DNA of 64,000 nucleotides from Octopus sinensis (Eukaryota), in NCBI RefSeq assembly GCF_006345805.1, contig NC_043001.1, positions 92,628,001-92,692,000 on the forward strand. The letters run 5' to 3'. A model generated the notes under the pieces. That model saw only the letters and a program-made list of their open reading frames with translations. It was not told where the DNA came from and ran no database searches. Below, one piece after another: positions 1 to 12,930 of this stretch (position 1 is its first letter; each line of letters starts with the position of its first letter). The position numbers were made by a program, and so were the translations under genes.

Positions 1-1304
1 TTATATGCATTAATATTACTTTTAACAATGCTTAAATAACAACAACAACAGTAACACCAACAACAATAACAACATCAGCAACATGAACAATAAGAACAGT
101 AAAGAAAAGAAGAAAGAAAGGAAGATTACAAACATTTAATAGACAAACAGTTCATTATTTTAATTGCTTTATTCATAGCTTAGTTTTTTTTTTGCTTATA
201 TATTTTATCATTTAAAAAAATTTTTATCAATTAATTTTTTTTTTTTCTAGTTTTCTTTTAAAATCATTGCAACATTCTAGCAATCCTTTTCACAACCCTA
301 GTGATACATAGATCACCAAAGATTGCTGCACTGCATGTATTGCATTAAAGTATGAAGTGCAGTATGCTGTTATTTTCTATTACTTTTACTGTTTTGGATC
401 CATTAGTTCCTAATCAATTTTGGTATTTCAAAATCTAGGCATTTATATAGTGCTGGAGTAAATTACTTTTTCATTTCTAAGCCTGTTCTATTACTAAGCA
501 CTCAACCTTAAATGAAAATGCATAAAAGCTGTCATTCACATGGCTGAAAAAAGAAGTATGGCCCTTCTAAAGGGACCTCTAGGTTTGAATGTGTGACTAA
601 TTGACCAGCTTAGTTTCGTAATCACACACTTGTAATAACTCTGATTAGCAGTTGTAATTTCAAGAGTTTTGAGGAAAAAATTGCAGTAAAATAAAAGGAG
701 AAAATGTGTTGAAACATAGATAAAAAGAACATTATGAAATAGGAAGAATGTACCTTAGAATTGCTAATGTTTTACAGCTTAGTACACAGATGGATTTGTG
801 TCAGTCATAATTACTTCAATAAAGTTCACAAAAAGGAACGTGTGCCCCATGAGGAAAGAATTTTAATGCTCCACATAGGAAAATTTGATATTAGCTAGTC
901 AACATGTTGCTACACTGAATTACAGGAAGTGATAGAGTAGAGTAAGAATGGATTTTATTTATTAAAGTCTAAACTGTATCTGTACTTTGCTCAACTGGTC
1001 ATGTTTAGTGGATTTAATTCATAATCTGAAATTATATTTTCTCCAAGTCATATTATGAAAACATTACTCTGATCCTACCCTAAGTTTCTCCATCAAACAA
1101 TGCACGTGTATGAGCACATTCATTTAATTTTCCATGCTGCCATGAGTTAAGAGGGTGAGTAGCCTAAGGCACAATTTTACAGTTGAAAGCTCTGCCTGGC
1201 ACCAAAGCATACCTGCTTTTAAAGTAATTGATTATATATATAATGTACACACACAGACACACACATGTATATACATATATATATAAACAATCATATGCAC
1301 ACAT

Positions 1305-1425
1305 GTATGTATGTATGTATGTATGTATGTATGTATGTATGTATGCATGTATGTATGTATGCATGCATGCATGTATGTATGTATGTATGTATGTATGTAT
1401 GTATGTATGTATGTATGTATGTATG
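1305..1425. repeat. (TATG)n/(TGCA) compound microsatellite
   Basis: Direct tandem TATG units; source of the MYVC/IHTY pseudo-ORFs. Similar tracts at 9630-9740, 12215-12300 and 24810-24890. Confidence 0.97.
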
Positions 1426-1449
1426 TATATACACACACACATACAATAT

Positions 1450-1586
1450 TTCAAGGCACAGGATGGCTGTGTGCTTCAGAAGCTTGCTTCCTAACAATGC
1501 AGCACCTTGGATGAGTGTCTTCTACTATAGCACAAGGGTAACCAAAGCTTGGTGAGTAAATTTGGGAAATGGAAACTGATAGAAGC

Positions 1587-1590
<4 letters not shown>
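1450..1590 (+). mobile_element. Decayed SINE-like repeat (family with ...gagtgtcttctactatag...aaagcttggtgagt..atttgg...ggaaactga..gaagccc core)
   Basis: The same motif chain recurs at about 9075-9170 (+), 24175-24320 (+), 14770-14890 (-) and 43155-43325 (-), usually ending in (TA)n/(TG)n. Confidence 0.6.
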
Positions 1591-1629
<39 letters not shown>

Positions 1630-2279
1630 TTATATTTATATGATGTGTGTATTATATACAAGTATATATATATAACAAAGATATTTGTATAAGTATATAT
1701 GTAATATATATGCATATATGAATATGTATATGGCCAAATCAATTCTGTACAAGACTATTTGAGAATATAATGCTTTCAAACCTGTCACTGGTGTTGCATG
1801 CATCAATAAAGTACATAACTCTTGGTAACTAAATTCCCCAAGATCTAAATATAGTTACTCCTATTGGTAAAAACATCACTGTAAGCAAAGGTTCTTAACG
1901 AGAGTGGTACCGTCTACAAGGGTGGCACTTATTTATTTACTGGCATTTATTTATTTTTGACTGTTGATGAATAATGGGCAAAACTGGATAATCATAGTAA
2001 AGTCATGATAGCTATTTAAATCACATATATGCAGTTATATTTACAATGACACAAAACTGAATATAACAATGAAGCAAAATTGAATATAACTGCATACATT
2101 TTTTTAAATGTTTATCATGACACTATCTTGACACAACAATTAACATTTTAGATGTGAGTGTTGCCCAAACAATCACGTACTGTATTACAGTCTAGTATAC
2201 AACAGGAATAATTTAAATGGGTAGACTGGTTGTAAATTTCTACTATATCGCTCTTTATAACCAGTTGTTAATTACTTAC

Positions 2280-2350
2280 GCATAAATTGCTTCACAATTT
2301 GCAAAATCTTTATAAAATGCTTTGTAATAAGCAATGATTAAAAGCCGTTT
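2280..2350 (-). CDS. Candidate internal exon (KRLLIIAYYKAFYKDFANCEAIY), product unknown
   Basis: Minus-strand acceptor tattcttcAG at 2351-2352 and donor GC|GTAAGT at 2279; 71 nt; only one frame is open. No family recognised. Confidence 0.3.
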
Positions 2351-3660
2351 CTGAAGAATATATTTGTTTGGTTAAATTTTTTTTCTTAAAATTTAGATTG
2401 TAAAATTCTTGTAAAATCCAATCCTTTCCCAGTGACATTAACAGAATAGTTGAAGATAATTAACATAAACTGTGAATAAAGCTCAATTTACCAAAACAAT
2501 ACCACATGCTTTACAGTGTTCACTGCACTTAATATTTCTAAAACTAATTGTGATGATAGTAAAGATATGTAGTCTGTGTTTTGCAGTAAAAATACAGAAC
2601 TTCAAGTGACTCGGTTTATCTGTTTATATATATTTTTTACAGTTCCAAATGCTTTTAACTCCCATTCCATTTTCTTTCTTCGTTAATAACTAATAATAAT
2701 GATGATGGTGATGATGATAGTGATAATGTTGATGGTGGTGGTGGTGGTGGTGGTGGTGGTGATAGTAATGGTGGTGGTAGTAGTAGTAGTAGTAGTATGG
2801 ATATAAGAGGTATCATATACTTTGAAATAAACTGAAAGAAGTCAAAATAGAAGTAATACCATAAGAAAGCACTTCTCTCCTTTCGAGGGGAAGAAAGTAA
2901 TATTGCCAGAAACCTTAAGAAAATCTTTATGTAAATGAACAGAGTGACATGAAGAAACTGATACACAAGAGACAAGATTAACTGAATGAGTGAGTGAGAG
3001 AGAAAGAGAGAGAGGTACTTTTAGTAAGTTTGTAATGTAATCGTTATTATTGGTACTAAATTTCATACTGTTTATTTAATGTTTTGTATCATTTGTGTAA
3101 ATACTTTGTGACTGTTGTATAAATATGCAAGATACATCTTCAAGATATAATATCCACAAAATATGTTGCATATAAGCACCCAATACAAGCATTACTTAAC
3201 AGGTATTATGACAATTACACAAAGAAGTAGACGTGAAAACATGCTGATGGTGTTGTTAAATGTGAATACAAGTGGTAGTATCACACTGCCACAGAAGCCC
3301 ATAGTTTCAGAATAACAATTGCTTTTCGTTTTTTCCTTTTATTTTTGAAGGGGGGTATATGATGTGTCATTCTCTTTTGGATAGCTTATATCAGTCTGAC
3401 TCAGAGGCGAAAACCTGCACTTTTACTTTTAATGCCAAGTGATTAGCAAAAGAGTGCAATAATGATAACAACAATAGAAATAGTAATTCAAAATTAGAAG
3501 TTAGATGATCCTTAAACACGATATTTTCTAAACAGGCCAAATGACTATGAAATGAAATTTAGAAGCAAAGCCATACATCCATTTCTTTAGTACATTACCT
3601 AATTAACAAAACCACCTAATAATGAGTTATAACACAGGTATTAAGACATAATAATAATAA

Positions 3661-4600
3661 CAATAATAATTCTTTCTACTAAAGGCACAAGGCCTGAAAT
3701 TTTGTGGTAAGGTTTAGTTGATTGCTAGGATCCCAGTACTTGACTGGCACTTATTTTATCAATCATGCCTTGAGAGCATTTGAACTCAGGACATACAGAG
3801 CTGGAAGAAATGCTGCTAAATATTGTTTGATGTGCTAATGATCCTGCTAGTTCACCACTCTAAAGGTTGAAAAGTTGGCACAAGGCCTGCAGTTGATGGA
3901 ATTTAGTCAATTACAACAACCCCAGTATTTGACTGATACTCTAGTTATCAGCCCTAGAAGGTTGAAAGATAGAGTTGACCTCAGCGGGATTTGAACATAG
4001 AACATAGAAATGGAAGAAATGCCACTAAGCATTTTGTCTGATGTGCTAACAATCCTTCCAGCTTACCACTTAAATAATGATAACAATAATTCTTTCTACT
4101 ACAGGCACAAGGCCTGAAATTTTTTGGGAAGAGTTGAGTTAATTACATCAACCCTAATACACAACTGGTACTTAATTTATTGATCGTGAGAGGATGAAAG
4201 GCAAAGCTGACCTTCGATGCATTTCAACTCAGAATGTAAGCATGGATGAAACGCTACTAAGCATTTTTCCAGTGTGCTAACAATTCTGCCAGCTCACCAC
4301 CTTAATAATAATTTCAAATTTTGGTAAAAGGCCAGCAATTTTAAGGGAGAGGGCAAGTTGATAACACTGACTCCAGTGCTTAACTGGTAATTATTTTATC
4401 TATCGTCTAAGAAAAGGATGAAAGGCAAAGTGACCTTGGGGGAATCTGAACTCAGAACGTAAAGATTGACACAATGCTTAGTGGCATTCAAAATGCTTAA
4501 ATCATCTTGTTGCCTTAATAATAATGATAATAGTAATTTTAAATTTAGGCACAATGCCAGCAATTTTGGGGGAGGGGTAAGTCAATTACATTGATGCAAA

Positions 4601-4635
<35 letters not shown>

Positions 4636-5055
4636 GCATGAGTGGACAAACAAAAGAAAGAGTCAATGAACACATTTATTAGGAGTTACATGAATTATTA
4701 TTTAAACAGTTTGATACAGCTAAATGCAACTTGGTTTCATAGGTTCATCGCAGGGACCTAGCTAATTGGACTCTACTTGACAAGCTTATGAAACTTTCAA
4801 GTTGCATAGGGTTGAATCCAACTGATTTAAATAACAGTAATACTTTCTACTAAAAGCACAAGGCCTGGCATTTTGGGAGAGGGGACTAGTTGATTACATC
4901 AACCCCAGTGTTTCACTGGTACTTAGTTTATTGACCCCGAAAGGATGAAAGGCAAAGTTGATCCCAGCAGAATCTGAGCTCAGAACGTAAAAACAGATGA
5001 ACTGCCGCTGAGCATTTTGCCTGGGATGCTAATGATTCTGCAAGCTTGCTGTCTT
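3661..5055 (-). mobile_element. Head-to-tail array of about 5-6 decayed SINE copies (~220-250 bp family ending in (TAT)n)
   Basis: Repeated motifs ttctactaaaggcacaaggcctgaaattt, cccagt...actggtacttatttt, aggatgaaaggcaaagt..acct, gaactcagaacgtaaag, gctaa.gattctgccagctcaccac at about 3661-3862, 3872-4072, 4088-4302, 4310-4515, 4535-4595 (partial) and 4840-5055. Confidence 0.9.
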
Positions 5056-5072
5056 ATAACAACAACAACAAC

Positions 5073-5118
<46 letters not shown>

Positions 5119-5332
5119 TATACATATACATATACACACACACATCAACTTAGCTATGTCTTGTCCTGTATTGGCCCAGGCCAATCATAGCTTTAATAGG
5201 CAGTACTGTTAAGTCAGGAATAGGTCATGTTTTGTGTTAACATAACCCTAACTCATTGAAGCAGAGAGTTTTGTTGGTGAGAACATATTCGGGTATCAAT
5301 AGTTTGTAAAATTTTGCCTTGAAATCACTTAC

Positions 5333-5387
5333 CATCCAAGCCATACAAGAATGCAAAAACAGATGTTAAATGAATAAATCAATGGTC
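5333..5387 (-). CDS. Candidate exon (G-PLIYSFNICFCILVWLG), hydrophobic, product unknown
   Basis: Acceptor tctattttgtcAG and a perfect donor TG|GTAAGT; 55 nt; lies in ORF 5329..5652. Confidence 0.25.
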
Positions 5388-5591
5388 CTGACAAAATAGA
5401 ATTTTGGAGTATTCTCAATGCAGCAGGTGACACCCATTTCTGACTATCTAGATTCTCATGTAGGAACTTTGAAAAGGTTGCAATGCCTATTGGTACCGAA
5501 ACCCTGGGCACTTCATTGATAAACCAGTGTTTGTTTTCTTTTTTAGTTTTATCTTTAATTTGATTATCAATCTTCTTATCATCATTATTTA

Positions 5592-6010
5592 AGGTAGCAA
5601 GCTGGAGAAAATGTTTAGTGGTGTGTTGTCCATCCTTAAGGTTTGATTTCAAATTCCACAGAGGTCATCTTTGCCTTTAATCCTTTCAGAGTGGATAAAA
5701 TAAGTACCATTTTGGTACTGGGGTCTAAGGAATTGACTAACCCCTTCCCCAAAATTTTGGGCCTTGTGTCAATAATAGAAAGGATTTTTATTATTATTAA
5801 AGAAGTAAACTGGCAGAATCATTAGCATGCCCGACAAAATGCTGAGTGGCCTTTTGTCCATCTTAATATTCTGAGTTCAAATTCCACCAAGGCTGACTTT
5901 GCTTTTCATCCTTTCAGGAGCGATAAAATAAGTACCAGTTGAGCACCGGGATAGATGCAATCAACTTACCTCTCCCCCAAATTTACTGATCTTGTATCAA
6001 AATTTGAAAC
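5592..6010 (+). mobile_element. Two forward copies of the same SINE family
   Basis: ctggcagaatcattagcatg...ctgagttcaaattcc...actttgcttttcatcctttc...gataaaataagtaccagtt at about 5592-5790 and 5801-6010, each followed by (TAT)n. GAGTTCAAATTCC resembles a Pol III B box. Confidence 0.9.
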
Positions 6011-6039
6011 TATTATTATTATTATTATTATTATTGTTA

Positions 6040-6190
6040 TGGCATGGTAAGATATCAAATGTCAAAATTTCAGGAAAATGTGATATTTCCAGTATTGAAA
6101 GCATGCTATTAGGAATTCAGTGTAGATGAGCAAGATATGTTGTTGAATGCAAGATGACTGCATTCCAAAAATTCTTTTATATTGCCAACA
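6040..6190 (+). mobile_element. RTE-clade LINE fragment (post-RT region)
   Basis: Decayed translation WHGKISNV..KCDISSIESMLLGIQCR*A...MQDDCIPKILLYCQ matches the RTE pattern W..KI.N.EV......IE..L...QLRW.GHV.RM...R.PK..LY. Confidence 0.55.
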
Positions 6191-6769
6191 AGATTCTGCA
6201 ATAAAGGATTTATTGTTGCTTCACCCTCCCCTCCCCTCTATCAGTCACTGCATTCCTCTACCCCACTCAAGACTCGTGACAATACTCTGCCACCATTCAT
6301 CCTCCTCTCCCTTACTCTACCAGCCTATCTATGCCCTGATCTCCATTCCTTGCAAGTATACCCTGGCACTTGCCACCATCCCTCTCTTGCTCCTGCTGTC
6401 TCCTACTCTCTCTTTCCCTTGCTCTTCCCTCTGGCTGAGTAATTATGTATCTCCTCTACAACATAAATCTGTTTCTGCCCTCACTCTTGATAACTCTTTC
6501 TCCCTCCTTCCCTTGCTCTTACCTCTGGCTAGGTAACCATGTATCTTCTTTACAGTGGCATACCTCTTTCTTGTTAACTCCCACCCTCTAGGTAACTGTT
6601 TCTACCCTCATTCTTGTTAACTCTCGCTCTCTTTCTGGGTAACCATAGACCTCCTCTACAGCAAAACATCTGTTTCTGCCTCTCTGTCATACTATAATCT
6701 TTCATCTTCTGACACAAGATCACTCCTCTCTCAAAGACTTTTTGTCTTGCAAAGTCACTTGGTGACCCC

Positions 6770-7055
6770 ACCAGTGCAGGTTCTACTTAAAAAGTACCCA
6801 GTCCACACAGTAAAGTGGTTGGCATTTTTCATCCAGCTGTAAAAACCACACCAAAACTGACCTTGTCTGTGTGAGTGCCACATAAAAAGCACTTAGCCCA
6901 CTCTATGGAGTGGCTGGTGTTAGGAAGGGCATTCAGCCATAAAAGCCATGCCAAAACAGACACCAAAGCACGGCACAGGTTCCCATCTGGCCAGTTCCTG
7001 TGAAACTGTTCAACCCATGTTAACAAGGAAGGATATTAATCGACGATGATGTTGA
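6770..7055 (+). mobile_element. RTE-tail SINE-like repeat ending in (GAT)n, decayed
   Basis: Shares aaaagcac..., ttaggaagggcat.cagcc, catgc.aaaacagac and aacccatg with the younger copies at 30300 and 33250; GAT tail. Confidence 0.75.
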
Positions 7056-7269
7056 TGAAACAGAATAACTTTATCCTTACACATTTGTCCAATCCCAGGC
7101 AAAATCAAAATCATTATTGTCTCCATTGTGACCCCATACCAAAATCCGTACATGAACTCAAATTACATTCATCACAAACAGAAGCAGGTTCATTTTTTTA
7201 AAATCCTTTCCTTCAAACATTAAAAGCGATGGGTGTGCCCATCATCATCATTTTTATAACACTGGACAA

Positions 7270-7435
7270 AAGCTTAATGGCCTTTCATCTTGTTACATTC
7301 TGAGTTCAAATTCTGCTGAGGTTGACTTTGCCTTTCAGGGCCGATAAATTAAATACCATTTGAGTACTGGGGTTGATGTAATTGACTTAACCTCTTCCCA
7401 CAAATTTCAGGCTTTGTACCTATTGTAGAAAGGAT
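7270..7435 (+). mobile_element. SINE copy (same family as 5592-6010)
   Basis: ctgagttcaaattctgctgaggttgactttgcctttc...gataaattaaatacc...aggctttgtacctattgtagaaaggattattatt. Confidence 0.85.
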
Positions 7436-7849
7436 TATTATTATTATTATTATAATATTATAGCTCAAAATATTTTCTACCTTGGCCAGTATTTACATTT
7501 GTAATTCATCACAGTCCAGTGTCTTATAAATACTACTTGTAACATGATTATTAGTTTTATTGTTGTTGGTATTGGTATTTTATTATTATTATTATTGTTG
7601 TTGTTGTTGTTATTAAAATTATTAATAGTTTTGTACTTGTTCTATTTTCTCCCTATATAAGCATATTTTCTGTGATACATAAAGCCATGACTAATGCCAG
7701 TCTGATCTGACATCAACCACACATTGTGTAAATTTTTAAAAGGAATCATTTATATGCAATGTGGTTAGAAACAGAGTGGCACAGGAACAATTGTAACGAA
7801 TAATGTAGTTGTTTGAAATAATTCATCCTTAGTAATCTTACTTATATTA

Positions 7850-7892
<43 letters not shown>

Positions 7893-8079
7893 TACACACA
7901 CACTATAAAGTGCATCACATAACTGGAAATCAGACTCACAAGTATTAATAGCGAGACACTGGTGAGATGAAGTGCATGATTGCAAAATGTTTGCAAGATT
8001 TCTTTAATCATTTTGGCATATTGTAGAAATGCATGTATACCCTATAAAGCATTGTATGCATATATAAACACACACACAC

Positions 8080-8797
8080 ACTGTCAACAGTGATTTGCGT
8101 TGGACAAAGCATATCTCTAAAATTGTCAAGAAGGCCGAGGGTGTCTTGGCATCACTCAGCAAGACTTTTGTTAGCTGCTCTCCAGCCATCTATTTAAAGC
8201 TGTATACAGCTATGGTACGACCACACTTGGAATTCGCATCATCAGTTTGGAACCCCTATTTTGCTCAGAACATTGACCTCCTGGAATCTGTTCAGAGACG
8301 TGCAACCAAACGCATACCCTCCATCAGACACCTACCATACTCTGAGTGCCTTGTTTCCCTGGGCATGGATTCACTGAAGCTCCGGCATCTGGCGATGGAC
8401 TTGGTAAACACCCACAAAGTTATCAACCACCTCACCAACAACAACACTGAACACCTTTTTGATCTCCATGTGTCCAACACACGTGGACATGCCTACAAAG
8501 TCAGAAAACAGCACAGCTCCCATGACTTTCGGAAACATTTTTTCACGCTCAGAGTTGCTGAAGCATGGAACAAACTGCTTGCGTCAGCTGTTGACTGCCA
8601 TGACACTGCATCCTTTAAGGCCCTCATGCTTTCCGAAATCCGCTGAAACTACACCTGATTGTCCCACTTCCATACTCATACACATATGTGTATGTCATGA
8701 CTCATGCACTGTTCTTTTCCTGACGCTTGTACATTACCCTATGTACTATACATACACTTTAGATGAGTTGTAGTGCACCTGAGCACTGTACACAATG

Positions 8798-8830
<33 letters not shown>
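8080..8830 (+). mobile_element. 5'-truncated CR1/L2-group LINE 3' end (RT C-terminal ORF 8095-8646, 3'UTR, (TTA)n tail)
   Basis: ORF carries hallmark motifs LYTAMVRPHLEFASSVWNP, LESVQRRATKRI, TRGHAYK and RKHFFTLRVAEAWNKL typical of CR1/L2 RT C-termini. Confidence 0.88.
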
Positions 8831-8842
<12 letters not shown>

Positions 8843-9399
8843 CTATATATTGCACATATGTGTATGTGTGTATACATACACTGCATATATATTTGTATGC
8901 ATGTATATATATGTGTGTGTATATGTATATCAGATATATCTTGAAAACTATTGACCCCTAATAGGCAAAAATTATTCAACTATATTGTTGATCTTGGCAG
9001 AGGCACATAAAATGAAACTGAAGGAACTAACAAAACAAATGGGGACATTCAGATAAACAAACATGTTTGTGTGGAACCTTGAGCAAGTGTCAACTACAAT
9101 AATCCTGGGTCCATCAAAGCCTTGTGAGTGGATTTGGTAGGAGAAAACAAAAACTTGTCATACATGTGTATGTGTGTGTCCTTGTCCTGATGCTGCATGA
9201 TATGTGTGAACAAGTATCATTTGTTTCCAATCTTCTAGGAAAATATGTCCAGACATGCTTGGAAATAGGTGATGGTTCACAACAATAAGAGCATCTAATT
9301 GTATAAAATATGCTTCAACAAATTCTGCCTGACCTATGTAAGCATAGATGATTAGATGTTAAAATGATGATGATACACACATACTAGGCTTCTACTCAC

Positions 9400-9527
9400 C
9401 AGTAATGTTATAAAAACACTGTAACATAACTGGTTGATTTAGAGACATTAATATAGCAAAGTACTCTTCACAAACTGGACCAGTGGCATGATTATGGAAT
9501 GTTATCTTTGAACTATTAAGTAATCTA
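9400..9527 (-). CDS. Candidate exon (..ITFHNHATGPVCEEYFAILMSLNQPVMLQCFYNIT-G), product unknown
   Basis: Strong donor CTG|GTGAGT at 9399; single open frame; the acceptor is ambiguous and weak (9512/9524/9527). Confidence 0.2.
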
Positions 9528-10339
9528 CTGTTATTTTTAAATATGGCAATATGTAAGTAGTTCAGCATATACAATTTGAATTATCTACATCATGTGTATA
9601 TGTGTGTGCATGTGCATGCATGTGTGTGTGTGTATGTATGTATGTATGTATGTATGTATGTATGTATGTATGTATGTATGTATGTATGTATGTATGTATG
9701 TATTATGTATGTATGTATGTATGTATGTATGTATGTACACATCCATATAGACATACACACATACATAAATACATACATACACACACATATATAAATACAC
9801 ACACACAGATATTATTCCTTTTAGAAGCAGATAAAGCTATTAATAAAACATGTAAATACCGAGTTAAAAATTCCTTTCCAATAGAAAAGGCTGCCTGTGG
9901 GATACAAACCTATAACTTCCGTAAACATGACAGATGTCAACGACACACACACACACATGTATCAATAATATATTTTACATAGAGCACACACTATCTGGCC
10001 TAGAACTCAATATACTAACAGTATGAATGCATGCATGTATGTAAGCATGTATGCATGCTTGTATACACACACAGCAATAAAGACATAGAGAAAGGAAAAT
10101 AAAGAGAAGGAAGAAGAGAAGGAAAGTGAGAGACAGACAATATAAAGAATGGATAGAAGCAAATGCAGTGTGATAATTGTAAAACTGATCAGCACCACAA
10201 TTTCAGATGTGCTAGATATGCATCAATAGTTAGCAGCAGCAGGAAAACCACATGATCTGTAACTGGCCAAATGGCTACACAGATAGCATGTAGCTTATCA
10301 AATAGTAATATGCAATTCTTTGTATCTATGTGATATTAT

Positions 10340-10680
10340 GATTGCTAGGACCAATTCCATTGCACTTATAATTGCTTTACTAAAATCTGTGAAGAAGTTC
10401 AGGGAGATGTAGAAGACAAATGCATTAAACTGCTTTGAAAATAAGGTGAATGAATACTGTGGTTCTGCATATTAGACATTGGCAAAGAAAGATGAAAACC
10501 TGAGATGCTGCAAAAGAATGAATACGCGTATGATCCATGAACTGTTAGAGAAATGATAATTACAGACAATAACTGAAGTGAAGAGAATGGGATATGTTGA
10601 GAAAATGACAATAACAAAATAACTGTGAGAGGTGTAGAAACACTGAAAAAGAATGACCAAATCAAATGATAAATGTTGTG
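10340..10680 (+). mobile_element. Probable highly decayed RTE-type LINE linker fragment
   Basis: Broken translation ..LAKKDENLRCCKRMNTRMIHELLEK.. resembles the RTE W..E.C.EIE....NTR.MH.KI linker; many stops. Confidence 0.3.
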
Positions 10681-11655
10681 ATGAAGAGATGTGATAATTG
10701 ATTCACATAAATAATAAAAGTGTATACAACATAGGTTGAACCATAGAGGTTCACACACAAACACAGATATGTACTTCCACACATTTATTTATATACATAC
10801 ATACATATATATTCATATACATATATGTGTACCTAAATGCACACACACACATGCATGTATGGTACATATGTGTCTGTGTCTGCCTGCACATGTGTGTAGC
10901 AGCAAGTGTGTTTAGTATTTCCCTTTGGCTTCAGAGGCATTAACATTCTCTAACCAACAGCCTCCCCACTTATATACATGGTGCCATTTTATGCAGCCCA
11001 CAGCAAAAGCATGTTAGGGCTTCCTGGCATTTCCTCACATGTTTTGCAATCATTGTAAACACAAGACTTGGTCAAATGGTGCTGCTTGTTTCCAGTTCTC
11101 TGTATAACCATGACTGCATTGTGCATTGTTCACTTGATTGGAATCCTTGGTTGGAAACAGGGGAGTTTTGATTTCAGTGAAGGCATTTGGTCATAGGACC
11201 GTGTTTGTTGAACACATAGTAAAGAGGATACTAATCCAATGATGCTGATGAAGCTATCTATCATATATATATGAGGATGTTAAATGAAAATGTGTACATA
11301 CATATATGCGTGTATACATATATGTATACACACACACACACATATATATATATTGGTTAGTTCAGGGGACATGTTTATTTTTGTACAGTACTATCAGCCC
11401 TTTTATTTGTAAGTTCACATGGTGATTAATCAGTATCCTATTGGATGTGACACAGCTGTTACATCAACTCTTCACATTGGACACTAGGGCAGAAATTTAG
11501 GGTCAATTAATCACCATTCTAAAGTATGTGATATTTCAATGACAACAGTTAGCATGTAGAGAGATAACTAACTTGGGGGTGTCAGTTTCCATAAAAATTT
11601 TCTAGATTAACATGGGTTATAGTACTCTATATTTCGTTCAGGTAGTATGGATATA

Positions 11656-11743
11656 GGCAGCTGATAACCCAGTTATACCACTCTAGCTCTAACTGACATG
11701 GACCAGCTAAATCTAGGGTAGTATAACTGGGTTATTAGCAGCC
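11656..11743. other. Isolated 88-nt hairpin (31-bp stem, 2 mismatches)
   Basis: ggcagctgataacccagttataccactctag pairs with ctagggtagtataactgggttattagcagcc. Confidence 0.85.
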
Positions 11744-12255
11744 AATAGCTTGAATTTCATTAACAAGTAATACCTCTCATGGCAACAAGATGAAAGTCCA
11801 TTTTTCCCGTTGATAGATACTGCAGTACTGTGGAGTATGTACAGTTATTCCCAGAGGCAAATTATAAGCTCTAAGTAAGTAACAATGATACTCTATGTGA
11901 TGTTGATTAAGTCATTCTGAAAATCCTGAAGTCTCCAGATAAAGCAAGACAGAAAGGTAGAGGTTTTCCTGTCCGTACATCTGAAGTGGCACATGCATTG
12001 CATCTATCTCCTGTAAAGTCACTGGCTGCCATCAATGGGTAGTGTCTTGTATAATATCCAATGTAAAAAGCTGTCACTGTAATATCACATCTTGCAGAAT
12101 GCTGACTTATGTGAGGCTAACATCTTGTATACTCCACCATGTGGATTTACTTGTGCAAGAATTGATTCTGCTTTGATTCAAAATCAATAAACATGTACAT
12201 GTATATAAACACACATACGTATGTATGTATGTATGTATGTATGTATATATCTACA

Positions 12256-12301
<46 letters not shown>

Positions 12302-12659
12302 TAGATAGATAGATATAGATATATATATGCCAGCATGGAAAACAGACATTAAATAATGATGATATATATGTGTGAGTGTGTCTGTATACATACACATAAC
12401 CATATGTATGTGTGTTGGGATGGGTGGGTAAGAAGTGTGTTGAATATTTATGAACAAACTTCAGATGACCAGAAATGGATGACACCTCAACAATTAAGTC
12501 ACATATTCACTAAATGTTGATATTTTTATTTCTCGTTCAGACATATTAGCAATCTAGTACAAGAAATATAAAGACGTGCCGTGTTTGCGGCTCTAATCTC
12601 TAGCAGCTGTGGTTGTGGTTTTATTTACTAGCAGTTGTGATATAGAGATTACTAGCTTT

Positions 12660-12930
12660 TTGAACATGGCCAGATGATTGGTATTGTGAGTCTGGAAAGT
12701 TCTGCAGGCTTTTGGCAAAAACATCAGAGTGTATTCTTCAAGTTGAAGACATTATTAATAACAATTACAGCTGAACATTGAAGACCATCATTGAGCATCT
12801 GAAAATGGTGGAGTCCATTCTCTGACACATGGTGTATGACAGCATGTAGAAGTTTTACATGGTGCAAAGAGAGGAGTTCATGTCCAGCTAGACCCTATGA
12901 GAATTGCATGAACATGCGACTGCCAACAAC
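12660..12930 (+). mobile_element. Decayed mariner-like transposase fragment (second HTH region)
   Basis: Translation SGKFCRLLAKTSECILQVEDIINNNYS*TLKTIIEHLKM.. loosely matches SGRP....DENI..VEDLI..NRR.T...IA; many lesions. Confidence 0.3.

Noticed and set aside
1164-1555. Overlapping ORFs rich in MYVC/IHTY (also at 9576-9982, 28593-29498, 38295-38888, 41127-41449)
   Set aside because: Translations of (TATG)n/(TA)n/(CA)n microsatellites; not genes.
2492-2537. Possible 46-nt exon NIKCSEHCKACGIVL (CxxHCxxC-like)
   Set aside because: Joining it to the upstream candidate creates TGA, the acceptor is ambiguous, and no independent support exists.
4742-4850. VHRRDLANW resembling the kinase HRDLA loop
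   Set aside because: Extra residue, no other kinase motifs, runs into a SINE.
11244-11300. CUGAUGA followed later by GAAA
   Set aside because: No stem II or stem III pairing and no cleavage triplet context; chance match.
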